Assembly (NCBI GenBank): GCA_033442325.1
Contig: JAWQFM010000004.1
Location: 1,182,406 to 1,246,405, forward strand
DNA length: 64,000 nucleotides
Direction of reading: 5' to 3'
From: Salpingoeca rosetta
Taxonomy: Eukaryota; Protista; Choanoflagellata
Shown one piece after another: positions 51,204 through 64,000 of this stretch. The notes under the pieces were generated by a model that was not told where the DNA came from, ran no database searches, and worked only from the letters and a program-made list of their open reading frames with translations. The translations under genes and the position numbers were made by a program. The stretch's first letter is position 1. Each line of letters begins with the position of its first letter.

Positions 51204-51492
51204 CGCGCGTTTGCGCGCGTGTGTATGTTGTATGTGTGTGTGTGTCAGCGCGTCTCTGTACGTCTTCGAGTTTGTATACGTCTGTGTGCATTGTATGTAC
51301 AACAAGACGCCGACAACACTGCATATTGTGCGTCTTCCTCTCATTTCACAAGCGCCGCTTCTGCACGCTCTTGCTTTGCTTGCTTGCTTTAATGGGTTTC
51401 ATTTTTTTTGTTGTTCTTCGCTTTCTAGTTGACGCTTGCATAAACGACCACATTCAAGCGTATCTGTACGCACACGCACACCATGAAGTGAT

Positions 51493-51547
<55 letters not shown>

Positions 51548-51589
51548 CACACGCACACACACACACACACACACGCACACACGCACACA

Positions 51590-53427
51590 TCAGAGGTCGT
51601 CTGGGAGGTCCTCCATGTCCATATCCGAGAACAGCGCCCGGTCAACATCAAGATCGCCTGCAAACAAAGCAACATGAGCATGTACATGTGCGCGCGCGGG
51701 TGAGTGTTTGAGTGTGTGTGTGTGTGTGCATGTGAGTGTTTCTGCAGCTGAGCCGGGAAACGCTGGCACATCCGTGTGTGTCATAGGAACGGCCACTGCC
51801 AACAGGCACTACGCTTGCAACACAGGCAACAGCCATGGCGGACCTTCTTCCATGAACGATGAGTCTGAGGTCTGCATCTTCGTGTCTGTGAGGAACAGCT
51901 GCTTTCCTGCACGCGGGCACCATTCAGCGTGAGTGAGTGAGAGCAAGAATAGGTAGTGTGCAGCAAACACACGGTAGTTACACGCGACACAGACGGGCAC
52001 ACACCACACAAATAACCTGTGAGCTTTGAAGATGATGCCTTTGCCTTTGCTGGGGCGCCCTTCTTCTTGGCCATTTCCTCCTGGAATTGTGTCAGCCACG
52101 CCATAAACGACTCCTTTGTCACCGCCGTGCCGGCCGTCAGCCGCTCCTGAAAGAAACAACAAAAGGCAACGGCAACAGAAAACATGGTTTCAGCACAAAC
52201 CTCACATTGAGCATGCCACGCCGAATGCAGTTGTTCAGAAGATCAGTGCGCTTGCATGTGCATGTGCACATGCACAGACACAGACACAAGGAGACAGGGA
52301 GCCAGGCAGACAGACACACCCCACCAATACACACCCAACCACAGACACACACAGACACACAGACGCACACAGGCGCACAGACACACGCACACACACAGAC
52401 ACACAGACACACACACACACACACAGACGCACACAGACACAGACACAGACACAGACACACAGACGCACACACCAGCTCCTTCATTTCAGCCTCCTCCTTT
52501 GCGCGGATACGGTCGTCGACAATGCGCTGGCGCTCCTGCTCGTTGATCTCGTCAAGGGCCTCCTTCACCGTCATCTGCACCACGGACACCATCGGCATGC
52601 CGAGGTTGTCCTCAATCTCCGTCTTGATCACCTCTTGCAGCTTCTCCTTTGCAGCCGCGCTCACGCACAGCGAGCTTGAGATTTCAATCACCGGTGCCTC
52701 CTCGGGATATGTCGGCGTGTATGTGACCGTCAGAGTGACCGAGCCTAAATGCCAAACACAGCGTCCAGCAAGGGAAGATTAGACACCCGGGGGGAGGACA
52801 ACAACACCCGAGGAGACAGCAAGCCAAGCGAGGCAAGGCGGGCGTCGTGGATCGGGCGCTGGCATGAATAAGCATGCAGCGATGCAAGGTCGCAAACAAC
52901 ACACGCGCGTGCTTACTCGTTGCTTCGGGATCATCTGGTGAGCTGGATTCATCGCTCACAATGACCAGCTTGAAGGAGAGCGGGTCATCCGACAGTTCTG
53001 GAGACAGACAGACAGATAGAGGGAGAGAGGGAGAGGGAGGGAGGGATAGATGCAGCACAGCGCATGAGCGTGCATGTCCCATTCATCATTGTCGCGGTCG
53101 TGGCACTTGCATCTGTTCATCAACACAGACACGCAGACACACACTCACTTGTGAAGAGGTCCGGGTAGATGGCTTCCAGGGACTCCACCTCGTCCAGCTG
53201 TTCTTGCCTGTAATCGTCTACCACAACAACAATGACAGCGGTTGCATTTGTGTGTGTGTGTTTTTGTGTGTGAGGCGAGGTTCTGTGTCAGCATGGAACA
53301 GGGAGCAGAGGGAGAGGGAGACAACACACAGCCAAAAAAAAAAAAACACACACACACACACACAGAGCAAACACACACAGAGCAAACACACACAGACAGA
53401 CACACACACACACAGACACACACACAC

Positions 53428-53504
<77 letters not shown>

Positions 53505-53510
53505 AGCCAT
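51590..53510 (-). CDS. RWDD1: RWD domain-containing protein 1 (DFRP2/Gir2; multi-exon)
   Basis: [67 protein letters not shown]. Inferred 7-nt first coding exon ATGGCTG|gt. Confidence 0.9.
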
Positions 53511-53606
53511 CGCAAGCGTGGTTCAAATTTGTTGGGGAACAGCACAAAAAGTAGTGGATCCAACCCAGCACAGCAGCGACAAAAGACAACAAGAAGAGAG
53601 CAGCAG

Positions 53607-54000
53607 ATGGAGGAGGTGAAGGCATGGTTGCAGAAGGCCGGGCTTGGCTTGTATGCAAAGCGGTTTGAGCAAGCCAACTTCAACTCACTGGAAGCATGCA
53701 AGGTAATCTAACAATGCAGCCAAGCGACTCATCGTTAGCGGAGAAATTGAAGGAGAAACGGGGGTGTCCTGATATGCTTTTGCGGTTCAGTCATCCTGCA
53801 ATGTGTACTGAATCCATGACATACAACTACACCATCGTGCAAGCACCATCGTTCAGGCACCATCGTTCATGCGCTCTCCGTCTTCGTCTCTGATTTTGAC
53901 TCTCTGTCTCGCTCTCACTCACACATACACACACACACACTCTCTCTCACTCACTCACTCACTCACTCACTCACTCACACTCACACACACACACACAAAT

Positions 54001-54041
<41 letters not shown>

Positions 54042-55448
54042 CACACTTGTCAGGGGTTGACGGAGGATGACCTTTCCAAGACGATTGGCATCGTGGATGA
54101 TGAGCACAGAGCCATGGTGCTGGACCTTGTGGCCGGCCTGGCAAAGAAGACCACGCCTACCAAGAAGATTGAGGGCGCGGAGGAGCTGGCAGAACAGAGC
54201 GAAGTCGATGCCACAGCAAAAGTGCAGAAGCGCAAGGCCGGCTGGCGCAACATCTTCAAGCGCAAGTCTCGATTTGACATGAACCAGGACATCACCATGT
54301 CTGCACAGGACCGCCAGTCCCTTGTGGAAGACGTCAGCAGCGGCAAGCTCAGCGCGCTGGACGCCTTCAGCCGCTTCAGCGCGCACGAGGAAGAGGCCTT
54401 CTCCACGCACTCCAAATCCTCGGACGACCGCGACCGCCGCTTCCTGCGCCGCCGCTCCGTGCACCTCAAGAAGTCGTCGCAGGACCGCCTCGCCATCCTC
54501 AAGCGCGTGCGCGACCAGGAGATTACCGTGGAGGAGGCGAGCCGGCTGCTGCAGGCCATCGAAGACAAGAGCAAAGTGCAGGCCATCCAGGAGGACGAGG
54601 AGACCTCCGAGGACGATGCCACGGCCGAATCCAGCACCGACAACACCGCCAACGCGTCATCGTCGGCGGCGCCTGGTCGCCCGCCTGCTCCCGCCAAGCG
54701 CACCATCGCGCTCTCGCCAGCGACGGCAAGCAAGCCCAGCAGGCCGAGCAAGCCCACACCTGCGGCCAAGAAGAGCGACAAAGACAAGGGCGAGGATGAC
54801 TCCCTGTCGTCGGTGTTTGATGCCATTGCCACAAGCCAGACGCCGCTCACGCAGCCCAAGCGTGCACAGCGGCAGCAGAAGCGCCCGCCAAACCGCGCGC
54901 GGATGAGGCAGAAGCGCGCACAGGCGCAGGCGATGGACAGCGACCAGGCATGGAGCATGCTTGCTGGTGCACAGCCCACACCCGGCACCCTCCCACGTAC
55001 GCCCATGTGTCATGGTGATGGCGTGCATGTGTATGTGTGTGTGTGTGTGCGTGCGTGCGTGTGTGCGGTTGCTTGTACTGCCTGTGCTACTTGTGTTTTG
55101 CTCGTGGAACCGCTTTGCCTTGTGTTCGTTCTTGATCATTCACATTTATGCCTCACCTCTCCATGGCTCACCCATCATCATCATCATCATCATCATCACC
55201 ACCACCACTACCACCAACAACACCGCCACCAACAACAACAACTTAAACAACAACAACAACTTAAACAACAACAACAACACCACCACACCACCACCACCAC
55301 CAACAACACCACCACCACACCACCACCACCACCACCACCGCCACCACCAACAACAACAATGACCACCACTGCATGCCCCTACCCCTGTAACAGCTGCGCG
55401 CGCAAAGCCGCGTCCCCGCCCCGTTGCCACATCCCGCAAACCACAGCC

Positions 55449-55479
<31 letters not shown>

Positions 55480-57821
55480 GGAGCAGGAGCGAGCAAGCAG
55501 ACGGTGGTTGCGACCCCTGCGGGCGTGACCACATCGTCATCGTCGACAGATGTGGATGTCCCGGCCGTTGATCCGCCGCTGGAGAAACAGCTCCTCCTCG
55601 ACTGGCTCTCCCCGCTCGGCTGCCAGGTGCCGCATCGTCATGTGGTGTCGTTGTGTGTCGTCGCGTGTGATTACTGCGTGACATTGTGGTGTTGTTGTGC
55701 TGCGTCGTGTTACCATATCCCTGTGCATGCCCGTGTGTGTATGTGTATGTGTGTGTATGTGCAGGTGTGCGCTCGTGGTGAATTGGGCGCTCTTGGTGTG
55801 CACGCGCGCACACATGTTTTCTTTCATGGTGAAACCGCCACCTCTTCCATATGCGTCGTGTGCCCACTCACCGGCTCCACTTTCCCATTTGTTGTCAACG
55901 TGCAGGAGTATGTGCCCAAGTTTGTGTCGCTTGGCTACGATGACGCCTACTTTGTGCGGCAGTTTCTTGACGCGAGCGACCTGGATGCGCTTGGTGTCAC
56001 CAACGCCCTCCACCGCACCGCCATCCTCAAGGCTGTCGTCACCCCGGACCCTCCAGCGGTTCCGCCCCCTTCCAATAATGGAAAGCCGCCCCCATCTCTC
56101 CGCCCGCCATCATCGTCGTCATCCTCATGGTCGGCTGCTGCTGTGACAAAGAAGGCTGCCGCTGGTGCCGCAGGCAAGAAGAAGCCAACACCACCGCCAA
56201 CAGCAACGCCAGCAGCAACAGCGGCAGGAGCAGGGCAGGGCGACGGATCGCCCGACGAGCAGCCGCCTGCACGGCCGCCAAAGCCAACGCCAACGCCAAC
56301 GCCGGCACAGCCCGAGTCGTCAACAACCGCCACGACACCACCATCAGCCGCAAAGGCGACACCGTCAGATGCGCCGCCGGCCCGCCCGCCAAAGTCAGCG
56401 GCAGTCGCGGCCAAAGTGGTACCGGAGCCAGGCGTGCCTGCAGGCAACGGCGCAGCGGAGGACGAAGGCAAGAGCCGCGGCGATGCAAACGCAGACGAGG
56501 GCGAAGAGGAGAGCACATTAAGAGGAGCTAGCGAGCAGCAGGAAGGAGGCGACAACACCAAGACAGCGGCAGACGCGCCCACAGCGCCCACAGCGCCCAC
56601 AGCGCCCGCCCGTCCGCCAAAACCAACGCCGCCGCCACCGGGAGCAAAGGCCGATGCCAACGCCGATACTGGCGACGGCAATGGCGGTGATGGGGATGGT
56701 GCCGGTGTTGACGCTCACAGCAACGACGACGATGAGAAGGGTGATAGCGACGCCGCTGCTGCGCCCCCGCGGCCGCCAAAGCCGACAGACGCGGCGGGCA
56801 GCCAGGATACGGACGCTACGGACACCACTGTCACTGCCGGTGATGGCGATGGTGATGGTGATGATGAAGCGACGAGTGCGCCCACGGCGAAACCGCCTGT
56901 ACGTCCGCCAAAGCCCGTGCCTGCAAGCAAGCAAGCACAACAAACAGCTGAGGAAGAGGATGCAGCGGAGGAGGGCAACGGCGCTGAGCAGACAGCGGAA
57001 GGTGGCGAGGAGAAGCAGCAAAGCCAAGACGATAATAAGGAGGACGCAGCGGCGCCCGCAGCGCCGGCGCAAAAACCGCCCGCCCGCCCGCGCAAACCAC
57101 AGCCCGTAGCACCAAAGAAGCAGGGGGAAGAGGAGGAGAAGGAGGATGAAGAGGAAACGCAGCAAGAGGACGGTGATGGTGATGGTGATGGTGACGACAC
57201 TGCAGCTGCGCCAACGCCGGCAGAGAAACCGCCCGTGCGACCGCCGGTCAAGAAGCCGCCACCCAGCACGCCTGACAGCAGCGGTGCTGGTGATGGTGAT
57301 GGCGATGGCGACGATGACATGCAAGGGAAGAAGCGGCCGCCGCCCCGCCCAAAGCCAAAGGCGCCAGAGCCATCAGCGACAACACAGCAGCAGGAAGACG
57401 AGGACGACAAGGATGAGGACAAGGCGGAGAAGACGGCGGGGAAGGAGGCAGTAGCAGCGCCGCCGCCAAAGCCTGTGCCGCCGAAACCGAAAGCCAAGGC
57501 GGCGGTGGCCACCCCGCCTCCACCAAAACCCGCAGTGAAGAGGCCGCCACCGCCAGCCAAACCACCCGTTGCTGCAAGGAGCGATGACGACAACACCGCG
57601 GCAAGTGCGGGCAAGCCTGCTGTTGCGCCACCACCAGCGGCGCCAGCACCGGCAGCAGCAAAGCCACCGCCTCCAACGCCGCCTGCGAGCAAACCAAAAC
57701 CAAAGCCGCCCGTCGTGCCACCGGCTGATGCAGCAAACAGCAACAGCAGCAGCGGTAACAGTGATGCACCTGCACCAGCACCACGGCCAAAGCCAAAGCC
57801 TCGTCCACGTCCGCCCGTGTA

Positions 57822-57822
<1 letters not shown>
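53607..57822 (+). CDS. Two-SAM-domain protein with long Pro-rich/acidic tail (putative adaptor; 4 exons)
   Basis: SAM1 VKAWLQKAGLGLYAKRFEQANFNSLEACK/GLTEDDL...IGIVDDEHR; SAM2 DWLSPLGCQ/EYVPKFVSLGYDD...DLDALGVTNALHRTAIL. Exons about 53607-53702, 54054-54996, 55394-55626, 55906-57822. Confidence 0.8.

Positions 57823-57913
<91 letters not shown>
57823..57913 (+). repeat. (TTG)n microsatellite starting right after the stop codon
   Basis: Direct observation. Confidence 0.95.
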
Positions 57914-57915
<2 letters not shown>

Positions 57916-59274
57916 GTGTTTGTGTGAGTTGATGTTGTTTGCTGGTGTGTGTGTGTGTGTGTGTGTGCTCTGTGTTGAATGTGTGGGTGAAAGCATGAGT
58001 TAGTCTTGTTGTGTGTTCACTGCAAGTGTTGCGCCGTTGCCCCTTGCTCTCCTCTCCTTTGCTCTCCTCTCGTTCGCCCTGTCCCGTACGCCTTTCAGTT
58101 TGTTTGGTTTTGTTGTTGTTGTCCCAGGTAGCTTCCATGTGTTCATCAATCATTTCATTGCTTTGTTTTCCCCCTTTGTCCCTTTTGCTTTGTTCGCTCG
58201 CTTGCTTTCCTTGCATCTGAAACAGTGGAGTACAGAGAGACAGTGTTTGTGAGACAGTGCTTGTGTGTGTGTGTGATCGAGGATGTGTTTGATCGAGCGT
58301 GTGTTTGAGTGGGTGCTTGCAGTGGCTGGTGTGGTGTGTCGTGACATGATGTGACGACGCACATCACGATCATCACACTCCACGCACAGCACGCACACCA
58401 AAAATAGCGCGACCAACACAAAACAACAACAACCACCACAACGAAAATTATCGAATTACACTGCAAATCGTCCCAACTTGTTCGTTTGTTGTCGTTGCTC
58501 GCGACGCGGAAGACGCAGAAGACGGTTCTCGTTCCTGTTGTTTGTTGTCCCCCTCCTCCCTCCTCCTCTCCTTCTTTGGTAAAGAGTTGTGGGAGAGTGG
58601 TGCGTGTGCAGCAACCAACCCCGCCTCTCTCGCTCTCTCCTTCGCACGCTTCTTGCTTGCTCTCTTCCATGCATGCAGAAAAAGCACAAACAACACACAG
58701 CAAGCACTGCGCACAGGCACACGCACGCAACTCCCTCCGCGGCTGTGCTTTGGTTAGTTTATATTTTGCATCGCCCCGACACAAAGTAGAGGTTCGTGTT
58801 GTTGTGCATGTGTATGGGAGTGTATGGGGGGGCATGTGTTTGCGCTGTGTGGTGTGTGTGTGTGTGGGTGGGTGCGTGCACGATTGTTGTTCGTTATTCT
58901 GGGCTTGGGGGCCATTTTCATCGTGCATCGATTTGATCTCTTATTGGTCGATTTGTGAACCGCAACAGCAGCAGCCAGTGCACCATCCAGCACAGCACGC
59001 ACACACCTCCAAACAGCAAACACTCACGCACGCACGCACGCACGCACGCACACACGCACTCACACACACGCACGCACCCTTTTTTTGGTCTTCTTCATGC
59101 ACGAACACTCCAAACACAGACCCGCAGCCGAGCCATCGCTCATTCTCAACACCAGAGCGTGTTTCAAACAGCTACAACAGCTTCGACTACCACCCAGCAG
59201 TCAACCACAGCGCTCTGGGCTCAAATAAGCGCGCTGTCACACGTCCACCGTGACAATTATTTCCTGAACACACC

Positions 59275-59541
59275 ATGTCATCCATCATGCTCGGAAGCAA
59301 ACAACGTCGAACCGCCCCTGCCCCTGGGGTGAGCCCTGCTGCCTGCTGTTTGTTGTGCTGTTGTGGTTGTTGTGTTGTTGTTGTGTTGTTGTTGTGCTGT
59401 TGTTGGTGTGCTGTTGTTGGCGGTGCTGCTTCATTTGGCTATTCCTGCGTGTTGTTGTGCTGTTGTTGGTGGTGCTGTCTCGGCGGTCTCCACCCATGCT
59501 CTTTGCCCCTCTCGCAGCCACGTTCGCTCACTGCACACACG

Positions 59542-59601
<60 letters not shown>

Positions 59602-59641
59602 CACACACACACACACGCGCTCACTGCACACACACACGCTC

Positions 59642-59676
<35 letters not shown>

Positions 59677-60103
59677 CGCACTGCTCACGGGAAACAACAG
59701 GTTGAGGGAGACATGCAGCACTTGATTGGCCGCGTGCTGAGCAAGGAAGAAGTGGCGCCAAAGGACAAGTACGTGGTGGCGCTGCTGTCCATGGTCAAGG
59801 AGGACGACCGCCTTGACATGTTCTTCTCTCTGGCTATGAAGAGCCCGCTGCTCAAGGAGAAACAGACGGTCGTGTGGAAGGCCCTGGGCCTCATCCACCG
59901 CCTCATGCACTGCCTCGAACGCCCAGACTTCCAGCGACTCATCAACGTACGTGACATGCGTGTGCCTGTGTAGTGGTGCGCGTATGACTTGCTGAGCTTG
60001 TTGTAGGCTCACATGCCTGCATGCATTCACACACATACATACTCACACGCGCGCACTCTCATACACACACACACTCCCACAAAAACACACACATACTCTC
60101 CAC

Positions 60104-60145
<42 letters not shown>

Positions 60146-63100
60146 CATATTGCGCCTCTCTGTTGTGGCGACAGGATCACTGCGACAGCATCAACTTCCT
60201 GCGGCGGCTGTGCGACCACGAGACATCCGTGTACGCCAAGGCGTCCTCCGTGCTCGGCCAGCTGTTGCTGCTCAAGGCAAACTTCCATCAGCAGTACACC
60301 GAGTTTGCCGGCAACATGGCTGCAGAGGCGTCTGCGTCGCAGGTCATTGAGAAGTACGGAAAGGACCTCGTCATGCGCCTGCTGGAGATGCAGCAGCTCA
60401 ACATTGCTTGCATGACCGTCGTCATGTCGCTGACAGAGGCCATGCCCTCCACATCCGGCAGCGGGGCGGGCAGCGGGGGCAGCGGCGGTGCAACCAGCAA
60501 GCAGCATCGCGGGCTCCAGGGCCGCCACCGCCACCTCACCATGAACCAGTCGCAGGCGTGTCTGCTCTGGTCCATCCTCAACGTTGTGCTGGAGTCCGTG
60601 AGCGTGTACGAGGCGTGCTTCCAGCTGCTCGTGTACATGAACCGCACGGGCCGCGACACGGCGGGCGTCGATCACATGTTCCAGACGCAGCACCTCAAGC
60701 TCCGCAGCACATACGCAACCGTCCGCAAGCACCCGTACCTCTCCTCCAAGCTGTACACGCTCGACCTTGGTCCGCAGCCGCCATCCCTCACTGCGGAGAG
60801 CGGGGGCAGCGGGACTGCCCTCCCCGCGCGCGTGCAGCCAACGCGCTCCCCGTTTGCCGCCGACTTTGAAGGCAACGACAGCAACCCCGCGTCGCCGGAT
60901 GTGGTGCGGCGCAAGACCGTGTCTGGCAACATGCGCTCGCCCACGGTGCAGCGGCGCGGGCAGCAGGCGGACAGCGACCAGGTGCGGGAGCTGAAGCACG
61001 AGCAGGAGGTGCTCAAGGCGACAATTGCGTCATTGGAGGACTACATTCGCGACCTGTCCAAGGGTTTGACGCACGTGGACCCGGACGTTGTTGCCGCCAT
61101 CCAGCGGGACGCGCTCGGAGAAGGGCGCGACAAACTGACGGCGATGCACGGCACGGCGCTGACGCTCAAGCAGCGGTACGAGCAGGTCGTGGAGGACAAC
61201 GAGAGGCTGCTGGCGCGGGTGGAGGAGCTGGAGGAGCAGCTGAGCGAAGACGCCCTCAACACATCCACGCAGAACAGAGACTTTGAGGCGGAGTTGTCGC
61301 AGGCGCGGCACGCCACGGAGATGCAGACGGCGCTCGTGGCCAGCCTCAGCGACATCAACGCAGACCTGCAGAAGCAGCTGGACGAGGCAGAGACGCAGGT
61401 GCTGACGATGAAACAGGAGATGTCGCAGCAGGAGGAGACAGTGACCCAGCTGCGGCGCGACCTCACAGCCAAGGTGGAGCTGGTGGAGAGGGCCGGTGCA
61501 CAGCAGAGCAGCGCCGAGGGCGAGCTGAAGGAGGCCCGCGACGAAGGCAGCAGACTGCAGGCGGAGGCCGCCGAACTGCGCCGGGCCGCCGATGTGGCGC
61601 GCTCCGAGGCAGAGCTTGCACGCACGCAGCTGTCGACCATGACGAAAGAGCGCGACCTGCTTGCATCACGCGTGACGCAGCTGAAGGCAGACGTGGCAGA
61701 GGAAGAGGCGCGGCGTGCTGAGGTGGAGCAGGCCCTCGACGCCGCCGAGCAGCGGGTGGAGGAAGCGACGCAGCGTGCCATCTCGTCCACATCGCACGAG
61801 CTGGAGGTGCACAACGCCCTGCAGCAGCTGAAGAAGGAGCACGCAACAACCCGGGAGGAGCTGGCGGCGTCCAAGCGCCAGGCAGAGCACCTTGAAGAAG
61901 AGGTGTCAAGGGCGCGCAAGGAGGTGGCAGATGCACAGGCCGCCCACGAGGACGCCGTCGCCAAGCTCAAGCAGGACGTGCGGGAACGCGACGACAAGCT
62001 GGTGGCGGCCCTGTCCCACGACGCATCGTCCGCCCGCGAGCTGCAGCAGCTGCAGGCGCGCCTGGACGAGGTGGGCACGGCGCTGTCGGCCGCAGAGAAG
62101 AGGGCGCACGCTGCGGAGAAGGCTGCGGAGGAGGCGCAGGGCCGGGCTGCGGTGGCTGTTGAAGAACGAGAGCGCGTGGAGGCTGCCCGCAAGGAGAGGG
62201 AAGCCGAGCTGGAGACAGAGGTGGCGGAACAGCGCACGCGCGCAGACGCAGCCGTGAAGGAGCTGGCACACGCACGCGAGCGGTGGGCAGAGGAGAGGAA
62301 GAAGCTTGAGGGCGAGGTGGCGCGGCTGCGCGCACGCGTGGAGACGGTTGCACAGGAGCAGCAGGCGGCGGCGGAGCAGGCGAGGGAGGCCGGCACGCAG
62401 GCAGACGCCCTGCAGCAGCAAGTGATTGAGCTGCGGACGGCGCACAAGAGCGAGGTGGAGCGCATGCAGCTGCGCCACCAGCAGGCCGTGGAGGAGCTGC
62501 AGAGCAAGCAGACCAAGGCGGCCGCACAGGCCAAGCAGGCTGTTGTGCAGCAGCGCACGCACATGACGATGAGCATTGCCGACGCGCTTGCATCGATTGT
62601 GACGCCGTCGCGCGTGGACGTGCAGGCGACGATGACGGCGCTGAACACAGAGCTGGAGCAGCTGCACACCGCAGTGGCCAAGGCAGCAGCAGCAGCCGCC
62701 GCCGCCAACAACAGCAACAACAAGAACGCCGACGTGAATGCAAACGCGATCGACGACGATGCGGCAGAAGCGTCTGTTGTTGTCGGTGACGCCGTCCGTG
62801 CCGGTGCCCTGCTGAACCGCGTGTGCTCACACGTGCAGCTGCTGCTGGAGGAGGACGGGCTGCCGTCGACACATCCTGCCGCGCGCACGTGCGACACGGC
62901 CGTGGACACGTTCAAGGCACTGTTGGAGGGCATTCGCAGCAGCGGGACGACACCTGAGATGGTGCAGGCGCTGCAGGCGGCGGTGCAGGAGCTGGCGATG
63001 AGCAGCACGCAGCTGGTGGACCTGCAGCAGACGCAGGAGAACCTCCTCGAACAGCAGATGTCAGACGCAGCCACGGTACGAGGCCCGATGCGCGCGCGCG

Positions 63101-63187
63101 CGCGTGTGTGTGTATGTTTGTGTGTGTATGTTTGTGTGTGTATGTTTGTGTGTGTATGTTTGTGTGTGTATGTTTGTGTGTGTGTGT

Positions 63188-63258
<71 letters not shown>

Positions 63259-63787
63259 AACGCGCCCTTGCTCGCGTGTGTATGTGGATTGGGAGTTGGA
63301 GCAAAGACTCTGCTTTCCCTGTGCTCATTGTTGTGTGTACGTGTACGCGTGTGTGCACGTGTTTGATGCAGGTGGTTGATGACGCGTCACGTCGCATCCA
63401 GGCGCTGCTGCACGATGCGCAGTCCGCGGCGGAGAAGGAGACGCTCAAGGTCAACGAGAAGATCCTTGACCAGTCTGTCCAGCTCACCGCCCTTATCAAA
63501 CGTACGCTCATGTCGTGATGCTGTGCTGTGGTGGCGATGGTGGTCGTGTGTTGTGTTTTGTTGTGGTGGTATGCGTACATGTGTTGTGGCTTCCCACGTG
63601 TACGCGTGTTTGCTGTTTTCTTGCTTCCTTGCTTCTTGTGTTTACTCTGCGAGCCATCACTTCACACCGTCCCCTCACACCCATCCTCACCTGACCAACT
63701 TTGCTCTGTCATCTTCAAACAGAACTCGTGGCCACATCGTCTGTCCTTCAGCAAGAAATTGTGTCCGACGAAACAAGCCAGGGCAAG
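59275..63787 (+). CDS. HIP1: HIP1/HIP1R/Sla2-like endocytic adaptor (ANTH, coiled coil, start of THATCH/I-LWEQ); 3' end beyond the window
   Basis: ANTH-like EEVAPKDKYV...VVWKALGLIHRLM, LLLKANFHQQYTEFAGN; long coiled coil; DASRRIQALL...LKVNEKILD...LVATSSVLQQEIV resembling HIP1/Sla2. Confidence 0.82.
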
Positions 63788-63812
63788 GTGTGGTGCACAT
63801 GCACATGCGCCG

Positions 63813-64000
<188 letters not shown>

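Noticed and set aside
54941-54960. Possible GC-AG donor (CAG|GCATGG) in the SAM gene
   Set aside because: A canonical GTACGC donor at 54997 gives an in-phase join to the next exon.
61041-63074. 677-aa minus-strand ORF
   Set aside because: Antisense shadow of the GC-rich HIP1 coiled-coil exon; no motifs.

Overview
Eukaryotic, intron-rich, gene-dense genomic DNA with (GT)n/(CA)n-filled introns, poly-Gln/Thr tracts and two assembly gaps. The style and the animal-like gene set suggest a choanoflagellate such as Salpingoeca rosetta (inference). Most ORFs in the supplied track are microsatellite artefacts, so genes were reassembled by hand from exon fragments; internal exon boundaries are approximate and all family calls are from remembered motifs, not database searches. 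Contents in order: a 5'-truncated Ty1/copia gag-pol fragment (absent from the ORF track), PANK4, WDR24 (GATOR2), SREBP, WDR91, an intronless RING-TRAF zinc finger-BAG-like gene, LRR1, a MORC-family ATPase, a TMEM53/DUF829 hydrolase, COA3, CHMP2B, NDUFB3, B9D2, LCMT1, RWDD1, a two-SAM proline-rich adaptor and HIP1/Sla2 (runs off the window). Twelve of the 16 host genes form six tight head-to-head pairs. The best candidate for novelty is the MORC gene: a possible N-terminal SPOC-like domain, a GHKL-S5 ATPase with a SUMO-motif-rich insert, a CW finger and a C-terminal pseudokinase, an architecture I do not recognise from described MORCs. Also notable are a positional polarity of intronic microsatellites, a PANK4 with intact kinase residues, an animal-like SREBP processing module facing WDR24, and E2F/CHR-like promoter motifs.
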